From Nitrosopumilus sp. (GTDB lineage: Archaea; Thermoproteota; Nitrososphaeria; Nitrososphaerales; Nitrosopumilaceae): a DNA stretch of 64,000 nt. The notes beneath the pieces are model-generated. The model saw nothing but the letters and a program-made list of their open reading frames with translations, did no database searches and had not been told where the DNA came from. The translations under genes were made by a program, and so were the position numbers. Of this stretch, positions 39,466 to 49,953 are shown in pieces (position 1 is the first letter of the stretch; every line of letters starts with the position of its first letter). The stretch spans positions 992,001 to 1,056,000 of the forward strand of contig OZ252243.1 of the NCBI GenBank assembly GCA_965249555.1. Reading direction: 5' to 3'.

Positions 39466-40194
39466 TTAATTTTCTTTAAACATTGATACAAATTTAGGTA
39501 GTGTAACTGCACTTGTATCTCTTATAGCTAAATCCATCTCTGATGACATCTCAGTATTTTCTGGATTGACTTCTATCAATATTGCTTTATTTTGTTTTGC
39601 ATAGATTGGTAGTGTATTTGCAGGTGACACAACAAGAGATGTACCAGCAATTACCATCAAATCACATTCACTTGCAAAAATCATAGCTTTTTGCCATATT
39701 TCTTGTGGCAGAGATTCTCCAAACCAGACAACATCGGGTCTGAGTATATTCCCACATTTGCATAAGGGTGGAGTTTCAGAAAATTCAGTTATTATTTCAT
39801 CTTTATAATCACAGACTGTACACTTGATTTTTACAATACTTCCATGTAATTCCAACACTTCTGAGCTACCAGCCTTTTGATGAAGTCCATCAATATTTTG
39901 TGTTAATATCACAACTTGCACATATTTTTCAAGTTCAGCAATTGCTTTGTGACCAAGATTTGCTTGTGCAGCAAAGATATTTCTTCTTCTTTCATTATAC
40001 CACTCCCAAACCAATTTTGGATTATCATAAAACGCATCAATTGTTGCTAATTTCATTGCATCATAGTTTCTCCATAATCCATCTTTTCCTCTAAATGTGG
40101 GAATTCCACTTTCTTGTGATATTCCGGCACCTGTTACAAATACAATTTTTTTAATATCTTTAATGTGATCTTTGACTAGCTCAAACATTTTCAT
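39466..40194 (-). CDS. cobB: Sir2-family NAD-dependent deacylase
   Basis: [35 protein letters not shown]. Confidence 0.94.
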   Translation of the reverse strand: MKMFELVKDHIKDIKKIVFVTGAGISQESGIPTFRGKDGLWRNYDAMKLATIDAFYDNPKLVWEWYNERRRNIFAAQANLGHKAIAELEKYVQVVILTQNIDGLHQKAGSSEVLELHGSIVKIKCTVCDYKDEIITEFSETPPLCKCGNILRPDVVWFGESLPQEIWQKAMIFASECDLMVIAGTSLVVSPANTLPIYAKQNKAILIEVNPENTEMSSEMDLAIRDTSAVTLPKFVSMFKEN

Positions 40195-41090
40195 TTAATC
40201 TCTATTTCTAAAAGATCTCTTGCAGTTGTAACAGAATTATGAATTTCTTGTGCTTCTTTCAAATGTCCAACTTCATCTTTGTATCTAGCTGAAAAATGTG
40301 TTAGAACTAAATTTTTCACTTTTGCGTTTTTTCCTAAAATTGCGGCTTGTTTTGCAGTAGAATGACACGTATCTTCTGCTCTTTGTTTTTCTTCATCAAG
40401 AAATGTAGAATCAAATACCAGATAATCACATTCCTCAAAAAATTTTTCTAATTCTTTAGTTGGCATTGTATCACCTGAAATTCCTATTTTTTTACCTGGA
40501 CGTTTTTCTCCTAATACCTGATCTGGTCTTATTGTTTTTTCATTAATAATAATTTCATTTCCGTTTTGTAATTTATTCCACAATTCTCCTTCAGGTATAC
40601 CTAATTCCTTTGCTTTTTCAATATTGAATCTTCCAGGCTTATCTTTTTCTTCAAATAGATATGAAAATGCAGTAACTGAGTGATTTGCCTTGCATGCATA
40701 CATTGAAAATTTTTCATTCTCAAAAATTTCTCCTTCTTTGACAACAGTAATTAAAACAGGAAATGATAATCCAAAATTTAATATTTTTATGTTTGCTGCA
40801 ATGAATTCATCAATTCCACTTGGACCAAAAATCTCCAAAGCCTCAGTTCTGTTTTGCATAGACATTGTTTGTAATAATCCTAGAATCCCTATACAATGAT
40901 CTCCATGTAGATGTGTAACAAATATTTTCATTTTTTTATTCCATCCCAAACCTGATTTCATATAGGAAATTTGTGCAGCTTCTCCTGCATCAAACATTAA
41001 GATCTCTCCTTCTCTTTCTAAACAAATACAAGACAGTCCTCTGTTTTCAGTGGGTTGAGATGCTGATGTTCCTAAAAATACAAGTTTCAT
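40191..41090 (-). CDS. rnz: Ribonuclease Z
   Basis: [22 protein letters not shown]. Confidence 0.94.
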   Translation of the reverse strand: MKLVFLGTSASQPTENRGLSCICLEREGEILMFDAGEAAQISYMKSGLGWNKKMKIFVTHLHGDHCIGILGLLQTMSMQNRTEALEIFGPSGIDEFIAANIKILNFGLSFPVLITVVKEGEIFENEKFSMYACKANHSVTAFSYLFEEKDKPGRFNIEKAKELGIPEGELWNKLQNGNEIIINEKTIRPDQVLGEKRPGKKIGISGDTMPTKELEKFFEECDYLVFDSTFLDEEKQRAEDTCHSTAKQAAILGKNAKVKNLVLTHFSARYKDEVGHLKEAQEIHNSVTTARDLLEIEIK

Positions 41091-42034
41091 TTAATCAAAA
41101 TTGTCCTTGTCAAGCTTTTATGCCTATAGATTTCATATTTTTTTAATCCATTTAACTTCAAATTTCTATCTAATTCTTTTTTGTACATAATTGCCATTCT
41201 CTTACGTCTGGGCATAATTGAGAAAAACTTCTTTAGGATCTCTTCGGGTTTTTCTGATGTTTTTGATGCTCTTCCATATGGTAAGTCAGTAACAATTCCA
41301 TCAAACTTTCCAGAAAGTTTTGACAATTCTTGAAAGTCTGACTTGAAAACCTTTGATTTATACCCATTTACCTTGAGGTTTTCCTTTGAAATCTCATACA
41401 TTTTTTCGTCAAAATCTAATCCAATTGCATGGATGCCCATAGATTCAGCCTCTAAAAGTGTTGTACCAGTACCGCAAAATGGATCACAAACAGTTTCTCC
41501 TTCTTTTAACCCAATCAAGTTTATCATAACTCTTGTCAGCTTCCAATCCAATTCATGAGGATATTTTTTGATTTTTTTTGGTCTAGTTTTTTCTTTAATT
41601 CGCTTTGAGAATCCAAAAAAATTCTCATTATCTGTAAAAATTAAATATATTGTAATATCCGGATCTTCCAATTCTACTTTTACATGAGAGAATTTTGATA
41701 TCATATCGCCCATAGAGCTTTCTAATTCTGGAATATTGAATTGTTTTGATGATAAATTGATTATTCTGCAAACAAAGGTTTTTGCATTTTTTAGCACTTC
41801 TAAATTATCTTCATTTAAAAATAATCCTGACATCTTTCGTAATATCTGTCCAGAAACTTTAACAAATGAAGCACGTTTTGCAATTTCATTCCAACTTGTT
41901 TTTGATTGAATAATTACCAAATTAGAAATCACTTTAACTTTAGAAAATCTATCGTACATTTTTGATAATGCAATTATTTCATCACTTGCAAGTTCTAGAT
42001 AATCTTTAGATAAAATAAAAAAACTTTCTGGCAT
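41087..42034 (-). CDS. Trm11-like tRNA m2G10 methyltransferase
   Basis: [15 protein letters not shown]-terminal THUMP-like region. Confidence 0.82.
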   Translation of the reverse strand: MPESFFILSKDYLELASDEIIALSKMYDRFSKVKVISNLVIIQSKTSWNEIAKRASFVKVSGQILRKMSGLFLNEDNLEVLKNAKTFVCRIINLSSKQFNIPELESSMGDMISKFSHVKVELEDPDITIYLIFTDNENFFGFSKRIKEKTRPKKIKKYPHELDWKLTRVMINLIGLKEGETVCDPFCGTGTTLLEAESMGIHAIGLDFDEKMYEISKENLKVNGYKSKVFKSDFQELSKLSGKFDGIVTDLPYGRASKTSEKPEEILKKFFSIMPRRKRMAIMYKKELDRNLKLNGLKKYEIYRHKSLTRTILIK

Positions 42035-42915
42035 TATATTATTGCCTTTGCAATTGTATTGGAAACATCAACAACTGATGTTTTTCCTGGAATTGTATTT
42101 GTACTAACAATACTTGTAACTCCTGCTTTTCTTATCTTCTTTTCTGCACCATTCATTAAAAGAGCATGTGTACATGCAACATACATTTTTTTACATTTTT
42201 GTTTTTTAAGAAATTGTGTAGCCTTGATGATACTTCCTCCGGTGCTTATCATATCATCAACTAAAATGAGATCTCTGTTAGTAACTTTGTCCGAATTTTT
42301 TGTTTTAATTTTCACTTTGCCTGTTTTTTTGTCTCTTTTTTTCTCTAGAGCAATATATTCTGATTCAAATTCTTTTGCAAATTCCTTCGCTCTATTTTTT
42401 CCTCCTTGATCAGGAGAGACAACTAAAGGATTTTTTAGGCTCAATTTCTTGAAATATTTCACCAGATCTGGAATTGCAGTAACGTTCTTTGATTTTATAG
42501 TAAAATGCTTGAGACCCATTACACTGTGAATATCAACAGCAATTATTTTCGATGCACCAACTCCTTTAAACAATTTTGCAAGAACTTTCATCGTAATAAT
42601 TTCACCTGGCAAAAATTCTCTGTCTTGTCTTGCATATCCCATATATGGAATTACAGCAATTACTTCTGATGATATTTCTTTAGCTTTTGAAATTAATGAT
42701 AATGCTTGAACTAGATTTGTATCAACAGGGGGGTAAATTGACTGTACAACAACAGATTTTCTTTTAGATAAATTTCCTCTAAGAATAATTTTACTTTCTC
42801 CATCAGGAAAAACCCTAACTTCTGATTTTACAAGATTTGCTTTTAGTTTTTTTGATAATCTTTTGGCTAGATCTTCTGAAGATTTTCCTGAAATTATTGA
42901 TATCTTACTCAACAA
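42034..42915 (-). CDS. prs: Ribose-phosphate pyrophosphokinase
   Basis: FPDGE, YMGYARQD, VDDMISTGGS. Confidence 0.95.
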   Translation of the reverse strand: MLSKISIISGKSSEDLAKRLSKKLKANLVKSEVRVFPDGESKIILRGNLSKRKSVVVQSIYPPVDTNLVQALSLISKAKEISSEVIAVIPYMGYARQDREFLPGEIITMKVLAKLFKGVGASKIIAVDIHSVMGLKHFTIKSKNVTAIPDLVKYFKKLSLKNPLVVSPDQGGKNRAKEFAKEFESEYIALEKKRDKKTGKVKIKTKNSDKVTNRDLILVDDMISTGGSIIKATQFLKKQKCKKMYVACTHALLMNGAEKKIRKAGVTSIVSTNTIPGKTSVVDVSNTIAKAII

Positions 42916-42954
42916 GAAAATGTGATTTAATGGGATTCTTAAGTTTTGAGAAGA

Positions 42955-44679
42955 TCATTCTTCTTCTGCAGAACCCTCGGTATCTTTAGTACTATACTCC
43001 TTAACCACTTGGTCACGAATTTTATCGAATTTCCCAATCTCTTCTGCTTCTCTTTTCTCATCTCCTTGGTATACTGTTCTGATAGGCCATGGAATTCTAA
43101 TATCGTAATCTTTGAATTCTTGGTACATGATTGTTCTCATTTCACTTTTCATCTTAAACTGAGAACCATAATCTCGTACAAACACTCTAAGTGCAAAATC
43201 AAGTGATGAGTCATTAAAATTGTTAAACCTTACAACAGGATCACCTACTTCTACGTGTATTTCTTTATCACATCCACAACTTGGTTTGTGTTCATCAAGG
43301 TATGGACATCTTTTCTGTCTAGCAAGATGATTACCTTGTTCATCCTTAACTTCTTTCATGGCCTGTTTACCTATCTTCATTAGAATTGCTTCTACTTGCA
43401 CAGGATCGTTTAGATATGAAACTCCAACCTCAATAACTGCTGGAACAAGCTTGAATTCCTTAGTAAAGTTGATTATTTCTTCTGAGACGATTTGTTTTGT
43501 AGGAATTATTGCCAAAGATTCGTTGAGACCATGTCTGACATAGGTTACTCTAGGTGTAATTTTGAATACTAGACCTGTATATCCACTTGGCAACGTAACC
43601 CTATCACCCTCTTTGATAACTTTGTCTTTCTTGATCATGATATATGCAAAGTAATTTTCCATTGTTTCTTTTAGTGCGAGTCCTATACCAAGTGCAAGTC
43701 CTCCAGTTGCAGTTGCCAAAACTACCAAATCTACTCCCCACCATGTAACTACACCAAGTACTGTGGCAACAAAAATTCCTACTGGAAGAACTTGTTTTGC
43801 AGATTTTGGAACTCCTGCTTTTTGTTTTCTTGCATATCCTGGTGGTCTTGAACTTGGAATTAATGGTTCATAGTTATTTTGTCTCTTTTGCTCTCGCCAT
43901 ACATCTATAGGATAAATTTCGTCTGGTGTAGTACCAGGTTTTAGCTTTTGCCCTGTCTGGTTTGTTCCATCTATACAATTTTCATAATATTTTTCATATT
44001 TTACTCTCTCTGATTTTTTCCACTCTTCAAATGGATCATCTACTAGTTTATCATAACTACCAATAGGTAAACCTCTAGAAGTACGATATTTTTCAAGAAA
44101 TTTTAGACCATCTTCGGCTTGAATATGTTTTTGAAATTCATCATCTTTCATGTCGTAAGGAGTTGTCTTGGGTGGAATCCATTTGAAGCATTTGTAGAAT
44201 AAATTATCATCATCTGTAAATCCTCGCATGTCATTCCACTGTTCATAATCTTCTCTTTCCAGAATTGATTTGTCACGTTTTGCTAAAGCAATTGGAATTA
44301 GGTGTGATATTGTCCAGCCAATTACTAGTATGTTGATTGAATTAAGAATTTTTGCAAATTTTTCAGCACCGCCTAATCCATCTTCAATCTCTACCTCGAA
44401 TAGTTCAGCGGTTTGTATGTATACATTAATGGATGACACTAAAGCTATTGCAAAAAATGGCAGTACTGCCTTGCGAACAAATCGAGAAGAATGTGGTCGT
44501 GTATAATTAAATTTTTGAGAAGAAACCCAATGTGAAAATTTATGGTAAACTATTCCAATAATTACTAAACCAATGATTAAAAGAACAAAGGCCACTTGAA
44601 GAGACTCTGAAGAAGCTAGAATCTGAGGTATTGTTTCAAATTCTCCTACAGAAATTCCTGTACCTTCGTGCTCAGTCAT
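42955..44679 (-). CDS. MscS-family mechanosensitive channel
   Basis: TM3 GGLALGIGLALKETMEN, GDRV, FNDSSLDF, IRIPWP. Confidence 0.88.
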   Translation of the reverse strand: MTEHEGTGISVGEFETIPQILASSESLQVAFVLLIIGLVIIGIVYHKFSHWVSSQKFNYTRPHSSRFVRKAVLPFFAIALVSSINVYIQTAELFEVEIEDGLGGAEKFAKILNSINILVIGWTISHLIPIALAKRDKSILEREDYEQWNDMRGFTDDDNLFYKCFKWIPPKTTPYDMKDDEFQKHIQAEDGLKFLEKYRTSRGLPIGSYDKLVDDPFEEWKKSERVKYEKYYENCIDGTNQTGQKLKPGTTPDEIYPIDVWREQKRQNNYEPLIPSSRPPGYARKQKAGVPKSAKQVLPVGIFVATVLGVVTWWGVDLVVLATATGGLALGIGLALKETMENYFAYIMIKKDKVIKEGDRVTLPSGYTGLVFKITPRVTYVRHGLNESLAIIPTKQIVSEEIINFTKEFKLVPAVIEVGVSYLNDPVQVEAILMKIGKQAMKEVKDEQGNHLARQKRCPYLDEHKPSCGCDKEIHVEVGDPVVRFNNFNDSSLDFALRVFVRDYGSQFKMKSEMRTIMYQEFKDYDIRIPWPIRTVYQGDEKREAEEIGKFDKIRDQVVKEYSTKDTEGSAEEE

Positions 44680-44834
44680 ATCTACTCAATTAAATCACAG
44701 TTTAATATAGAATACAAAGTTAACTTCTCTTATCACTTTTGATTGAAATTTTTATCAAACTTTTGCTAAATTCAAAAATTTTTGTGCGTAAAAAACCTGT
44801 AACTTTTATCAAGGGTTAATGTACTATTTACTGA

Positions 44835-46181
44835 ATGACCTATCAGAAATCAATTTGGAATGATTCACCATCACTAAAATCATACACATTATCAAATTTT
44901 CGTGAACTTCCACACATTCAGAATCTTTCTGAAGAAACTCAATTTGAGATGGAAGTTGTAGGAAATGTTTTACCCTTCAAAGCAAACAACTACGTTGTTG
45001 AACAATTAATTGATTGGGACAATATACCAAATGATCCAATGTATGTTTTGACTTTTCCTCAAAAAGGAATGTTAAAACCAGAACACTATGAAAAAATGGC
45101 AACTGCTTTAAAAAATAATTCTGATAAAAAAGAAATTACATCACTTGCAAATGAAATTCGTTTACAACTAAATCCACATCCAGCAGGACAAATGGAACTT
45201 AATGTTCCAACACTAAAAGATGGTACCAAGTTATATGGCATGCAACACAAATACAAGGAAACCTGTCTCTTCTTCCCAAGTCAAAGTCAGACTTGTCATG
45301 CATATTGCAGCTTTTGTTTTAGATGGCCACAATTTGTTGGAATGGATGAAATGAAATTTGCAATGCGAGAAGGTGAACAACTAGTTCAATATCTTATAGA
45401 ACATCCAGAAATTAGCGATGTACTCTTTACAGGTGGTGATCCAATGATTATGAATGCAAAAATGTTTTCTAAATACATTGATACTTTAATTGATGCAAAA
45501 CTTCCCAATCTTAAAACAATTAGAATTGGAACAAAAGCTCTATCTTACTGGCCTTACAAATTTTTAACAGATTCTGACTCACAAGAAATGTTAGGCATTT
45601 TTAGAAAGATTACTGATAACGGATTGCATCTTGCATTTATGGCTCACTTTAATCATCTGAATGAATTATCAACAGATTCTGTAAAAAGTGCAATTGAACA
45701 AGTGAGAGCAACAGGTGCACAAATTAGAACACAATCTCCACTTTTAGCACACATCAATGACGATGCAGAAATGTGGGCAAAAATGTGGACAAAACAAGTT
45801 CAACTAGGATGTATTCCATATTACATGTTTGTAGTTAGAGATACTGGGGCGCAACACTACTTCGGGATTTCTCTCATTAAGGCGCATGATATTTTCAAAA
45901 AGGCCTATTCCACAGTAAGCGGATTAGCAAGAACTGTTCGTGGGCCTAGCATGTCTGCAACTCCAGGAAAAGTACACGTAATTGGAACCGCAACTGTAAA
46001 TGATCAGAAGGTAATTGTTTTGAGATTTTTACAGGGTAGAAATCCTAATTGGGTAGAAACTCCATTCTTTGCAAAATATGATGAAAATGCAATTTGGTTA
46101 GATGATTTAAAACCCGCATTTACTGAAAAATTCTTCTTTGAAGATGAATTAAATAATATCAAAACATCAAAAATGAATTAG
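44835..46181 (+). CDS. KamA-family radical SAM enzyme (aminomutase-like)
   Basis: HKY, CHAYCSFCFR, DVLFTGGDP, IRIGTK, IPYY, PGKV. Confidence 0.88.
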   Translation: MTYQKSIWNDSPSLKSYTLSNFRELPHIQNLSEETQFEMEVVGNVLPFKANNYVVEQLIDWDNIPNDPMYVLTFPQKGMLKPEHYEKMATALKNNSDKKEITSLANEIRLQLNPHPAGQMELNVPTLKDGTKLYGMQHKYKETCLFFPSQSQTCHAYCSFCFRWPQFVGMDEMKFAMREGEQLVQYLIEHPEISDVLFTGGDPMIMNAKMFSKYIDTLIDAKLPNLKTIRIGTKALSYWPYKFLTDSDSQEMLGIFRKITDNGLHLAFMAHFNHLNELSTDSVKSAIEQVRATGAQIRTQSPLLAHINDDAEMWAKMWTKQVQLGCIPYYMFVVRDTGAQHYFGISLIKAHDIFKKAYSTVSGLARTVRGPSMSATPGKVHVIGTATVNDQKVIVLRFLQGRNPNWVETPFFAKYDENAIWLDDLKPAFTEKFFFEDELNNIKTSKMN

Positions 46182-46249
46182 AATTTATCAATTGTGTAAT
46201 AACCTACAAGTATAGGAATCATGAAAAATTAACCTAGTTGGTGTAAGAT

Positions 46250-47401
46250 ATGGTAGAAAGTAATTATGATATTCTAGGAATTGTGGAAGGTTCAACTGAG
46301 AAAGAAATTCGGGGTGCATTTAGACGATTGGCTCTTCAATATCATTCAGATCGTGGTGGAGAAAATGAACAATTCATCAAAATTAAACAAGCATACGATG
46401 ATCTCAAAATTGGTAAAAAGTATCCCGATACAGACATTGAAAAATTAAGAAACTCAAGAGTATTTTCTGGTGATACTGAAGCTGATGTTAGAAGAAAGAA
46501 TCAGATTCTAGGTCAACAACTATCCAAAGAAATGAAAACTGCTGAAGAATGGGCAGCAGCCCTGAATAGATCAAACTCAACTGCAACAAGACTATTTGGA
46601 TCAAAAACCCTTGGCGAAATTGAACTAGAAAGAAAAGCAACAGGTGCATTATCAATCAAAGGAAATTTCATGGCAGGAAGTCTAACATATGATGGTCCAA
46701 TAGTTATGCAGGGAAGTATAACTAGTCCATCATGGACACAAGAATTTAAAACAGATATACATCTCACCAAAGGAGATTTCAAATTTATCAATCCTTTAGA
46801 AACCAAATACAAAATTGAGAATGGTGCCAGACTTATTGCAGATAATGGAAATATTATAGTAGGAAATATCTTCGGCAGAAAATACAAGGTTGCAGACAAG
46901 ATAAAAGTTGGCGTGTTTCAAATTCAAGAACACAGAACACACATTTCAGCCCTAAATGGAAAAATTATTGCTGAAAATGTCGTAAATACAGTTTTACTTG
47001 ATGCTGATACAATTATTGTTCTTAATGTAGAAGATGATGTTATACTATCTGGACGTGAAATTTTATTTTATGGAGGAAAATTCACCCATGATTCTGTAAT
47101 TGAATTAAAACAGAATGGTTTAATACGATTTTTTGAAAGCTTTTCAATTCAAGGACTAAGTGGAGATGCAATAATCAAACTTGAAAATGGCAAAAAAATC
47201 CGATTGTTTGATCTGAAAACCAAAAAAATCAAAGATTTAGCTGATGAGTTTGTACCTAACAAAGAGAACTATGGAAAAGATGCTACTATGGTTGGATATG
47301 GATTTACAATTACATATGATATGTTAGATAATCTTTCAAAGAAATCAACTAAAAACCAAAAAAGTAGTTGGGCATCAAAATTTGGCTTCTCTAAAAATTA
47401 A
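46250..47401 (+). CDS. J-domain protein (HSD variant) with beta-rich C-terminus
   Basis: YDILGI..EIRGAFRRLALQYHSDRGG..FIKIKQAY. Confidence 0.85.
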   Translation: MVESNYDILGIVEGSTEKEIRGAFRRLALQYHSDRGGENEQFIKIKQAYDDLKIGKKYPDTDIEKLRNSRVFSGDTEADVRRKNQILGQQLSKEMKTAEEWAAALNRSNSTATRLFGSKTLGEIELERKATGALSIKGNFMAGSLTYDGPIVMQGSITSPSWTQEFKTDIHLTKGDFKFINPLETKYKIENGARLIADNGNIIVGNIFGRKYKVADKIKVGVFQIQEHRTHISALNGKIIAENVVNTVLLDADTIIVLNVEDDVILSGREILFYGGKFTHDSVIELKQNGLIRFFESFSIQGLSGDAIIKLENGKKIRLFDLKTKKIKDLADEFVPNKENYGKDATMVGYGFTITYDMLDNLSKKSTKNQKSSWASKFGFSKN

Positions 47402-47439
47402 TCAATCTTCATGATTTTTTTAATTTTATTTTCAATACT

Positions 47440-47943
47440 AGTTATTTTGGCATCAACGTCTAGGGTGCAGATGATGAAAAAATAACTGATGAAAAAGTTG
47501 TAGCCTATTCCAAGTTCAAAGGCGAGAAAACCTATTCCTATGTTAGAAGAATCTGTCATATTGAAATTCATGAAAACAAAACACATACTGATTTTCACAA
47601 ATACATTTTGGATCCTGAATTTGTAGAACTGTTAGAAAAATTTTACAACAATAGAGTATCTCAAAGAAAAAAATATCTATTTTGGGAAAATAACAACACT
47701 AAATTTGAATTTAAAACATATGACAGCATAGTAAAAAGTCAAGTTGGCAGAGATAACAAGTTTTTCAAGAAGATTCTATCTTTGATGGGTTTTAAAAAAT
47801 CAGACTTTGGAGTTTACTTTAGGGCCAATTACGGATTTAGGCATTTTGGAATTCAGATGTGGCTTATTGCAACTGATTACAACTATGACTTGGTTTCTGA
47901 AATGTCTCATGAAGATACTGCAACTTTGAAAAAAATGGCATGA
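47440..47943 (+). pseudogene. Degraded tyrosine integrase (catalytic C-terminus)
   Basis: YGFRHFGIQMWLIATDYNYDLVSEMSHEDTATL box-II-like segment; upstream LGCR followed by stops. Confidence 0.55.
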
Positions 47944-47966
47944 CATAGAAAATAGTTGAATAAATT

Positions 47967-48227
47967 ATGTTGTTTAGGAAACAATCATTTACAATTATAA
48001 TAAGAAATTTTGAACCACTAATTGCATCAAAGGATCCAGTTGATAGAAAAAATAAGCTTAAAGAAGAAATTGCAAAACAAATAAAAAATCTAGATGAAAT
48101 CCGAGAATTTTGCCAAGGTAAAAAATTATCCATAATTGTACAATTTCTTCTATATGATGGAAGTAAAGATGGAAATCAACAACCAGAAGGCAGAATAAAA
48201 AAAGATCATAGATATAGTGATATCTGA
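47967..48227 (+). pseudogene. Possible truncated RusA-like resolvase
   Basis: KLSIIVQFLL...GRIKKD, ending just where a DxDN motif would be expected. Confidence 0.3.
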
Positions 48228-48401
48228 ATGGATTAAATCAGACAACTAAATTTTATAATCCTAGAAGGTTTTGCTAAATTATACATGGACACAAATGTCT
48301 ACTGTGTTAACAACTCTATATTTTTTCAAGAATTTACTAAATACCTGGTTGTTTCATAAAATAATTTTCAAACCACATATCATATCATTCTGAAATTAGT
48401 A

Positions 48402-49247
48402 TTAATTTTTTCTAAATTGGTACAACTTTAGAATTCCAAATGCAGGAATTCCGGCATACATTCCAATATTTAGTAGAATTAGGGATATTCCATATCCTAA
48501 CATCTCTTGTTCTGAATCAATGTCAACATAATTCAGTAAAGACAATGATGATAACATTGGAGTTAGTGTTATTTTCACAACTTCTTTGAAAATTGGTTGC
48601 TCTCTTTCCAAATCAGCAATCATTGGTGAAAATGAATAATAGAATTGATTAAATTCAGCCATAAATGCAGTTCCAGATTCTGTTGATAAAATAGTATTAT
48701 CTCTAAGTTCTCTTAATTGTTGTACTTGTGGTGCCATCTCTGAACCAAATGTTGCAGTTGCAATAAGACAACCACCACCTTCCTCATCCATCATAACTTC
48801 CTCATCCATCATAACTTCCTCATCCATCATAACTTCCTCATCCATCATAACTTCCTCAGCTACTGCTTCTTGTACTATGATCAAACCTTGCATCCAAGGA
48901 TGAATCATACAGAAATAATCAAACTCACCTGCAGTGTCTGCAGTGTATTCATAAGAAGCATCTACTGCTAATAAACCAGAATCAAATACATCGCTTGGAC
49001 CATCATTTGGATTTCCTGCTGTAAATGTGTGTGCTGCACTATCTGTGTTTGAGAATATTATAACTTCTCCAACATTAACTGTTGCAGTATTTGGAATCCA
49101 ACATCCATCCACTTCTTCACATCCTAGTACAGCAGAACCTGGTGCTGGTACAATTGTGACTTCTGCAAAAGCAGCTGGGGTTGTTGCACCTATTCCAGCT
49201 ACAATAGCAAATAGTACGAAGAAAGAGCAAATTGCTGTAGTCTTCAT
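48402..49247 (-). CDS. Secreted plastocyanin-type cupredoxin with CFI-box-CTERM domain
   Basis: NTDSAAHT, YFCMIHPWM type-1 Cu ligands; GGGCLIATATFGSE + TM. Confidence 0.92.
   Translation of the reverse strand: MKTTAICSFFVLFAIVAGIGATTPAAFAEVTIVPAPGSAVLGCEEVDGCWIPNTATVNVGEVIIFSNTDSAAHTFTAGNPNDGPSDVFDSGLLAVDASYEYTADTAGEFDYFCMIHPWMQGLIIVQEAVAEEVMMDEEVMMDEEVMMDEEVMMDEEGGGCLIATATFGSEMAPQVQQLRELRDNTILSTESGTAFMAEFNQFYYSFSPMIADLEREQPIFKEVVKITLTPMLSSLSLLNYVDIDSEQEMLGYGISLILLNIGMYAGIPAFGILKLYQFRKN
48780..48858 (-). repeat. 18-bp perfect tandem repeat x4.4 encoding EEVMMD
   Basis: TTCCTCATCCATCATAAC at 48780, 48798, 48816, 48834, plus 7 nt. Confidence 0.95.
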
Positions 49248-49323
49248 TGTACAAATTACTTGTATTGATACATAAAAACCTCACTAGAACTCTGAAAATG
49301 TTGAAAATAAAATACAAAGATCA

Positions 49324-49530
49324 GTGAATTTTACTACTGTAGTTTATGATAATCCCGAAAAAACTGGTCATGACGTAGATTACTCACAATCAGCTCAAAG
49401 ACTTGAAATTTATTACGAGTTGATGGTATTCATCATTCTCATTTCAGCTGTTTTATTTATTGCCGCATTACTTTGGTTGAAGAAAAAACCAAATCTTCCA
49501 CAAAATAAGCTTGGTGCTGTTAAAATCTAA
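49324..49530 (+). CDS. Small single-TM protein or gene remnant
   Basis: 68-aa ORF with C-terminal TM and basic tail. Confidence 0.45.
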   Translation: MNFTTVVYDNPEKTGHDVDYSQSAQRLEIYYELMVFIILISAVLFIAALLWLKKKPNLPQNKLGAVKI

Positions 49531-49560
49531 AATAATAAAAAGAAATTAAATTGAACTAAT

Positions 49561-49860
49561 CTAATCGATTAATTCAGTCCAACCTTTGACGAAGACTGAG
49601 TTCTTGTAGAGTGGAACTGGTTGTCCAACAGTAAAGTCCATTGGTCTCATCCAAAAGATTGCTTTTGTTGGGCATACACCGATGCATGCACCATCAGAAA
49701 TACATCTTTCTGGATAAAATACAAATGCTTTACCTCTCTTCCAGCCTTCAACTGGTTTTACTCTAAGGACATCTGGACCAAGAGTTGTACAGATTTCTAC
49801 ACATAGTGCGCATCCGATACACATCTGTTCGCTGATGTCTGGAATAATTCCTACTGGCAT
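49561..49860 (-). CDS. 4Fe-4S dicluster ferredoxin
   Basis: CIGCALCVEIC and CISDGACIGVCP. Confidence 0.92.
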   Translation of the reverse strand: MPVGIIPDISEQMCIGCALCVEICTTLGPDVLRVKPVEGWKRGKAFVFYPERCISDGACIGVCPTKAIFWMRPMDFTVGQPVPLYKNSVFVKGWTELID

Positions 49861-49953
49861 AACGAAATTATTTCTTAATTTGGTCTTTATATAATTTGCC
49901 TAAAAATATCGAGTTATAACGGTGTTTCAAATTTGATCGCACAAAAATCCAAA

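Noticed and set aside
39466-40194. Sir2 gene as a defence NADase
   Set aside because: Canonical CobB-type deacylase with Zn ribbon in a housekeeping prs-trm11-rnz operon
48780-48858. Tandem repeat as a CRISPR array
   Set aside because: No spacers, in-frame coding repeat, no cas genes in the window
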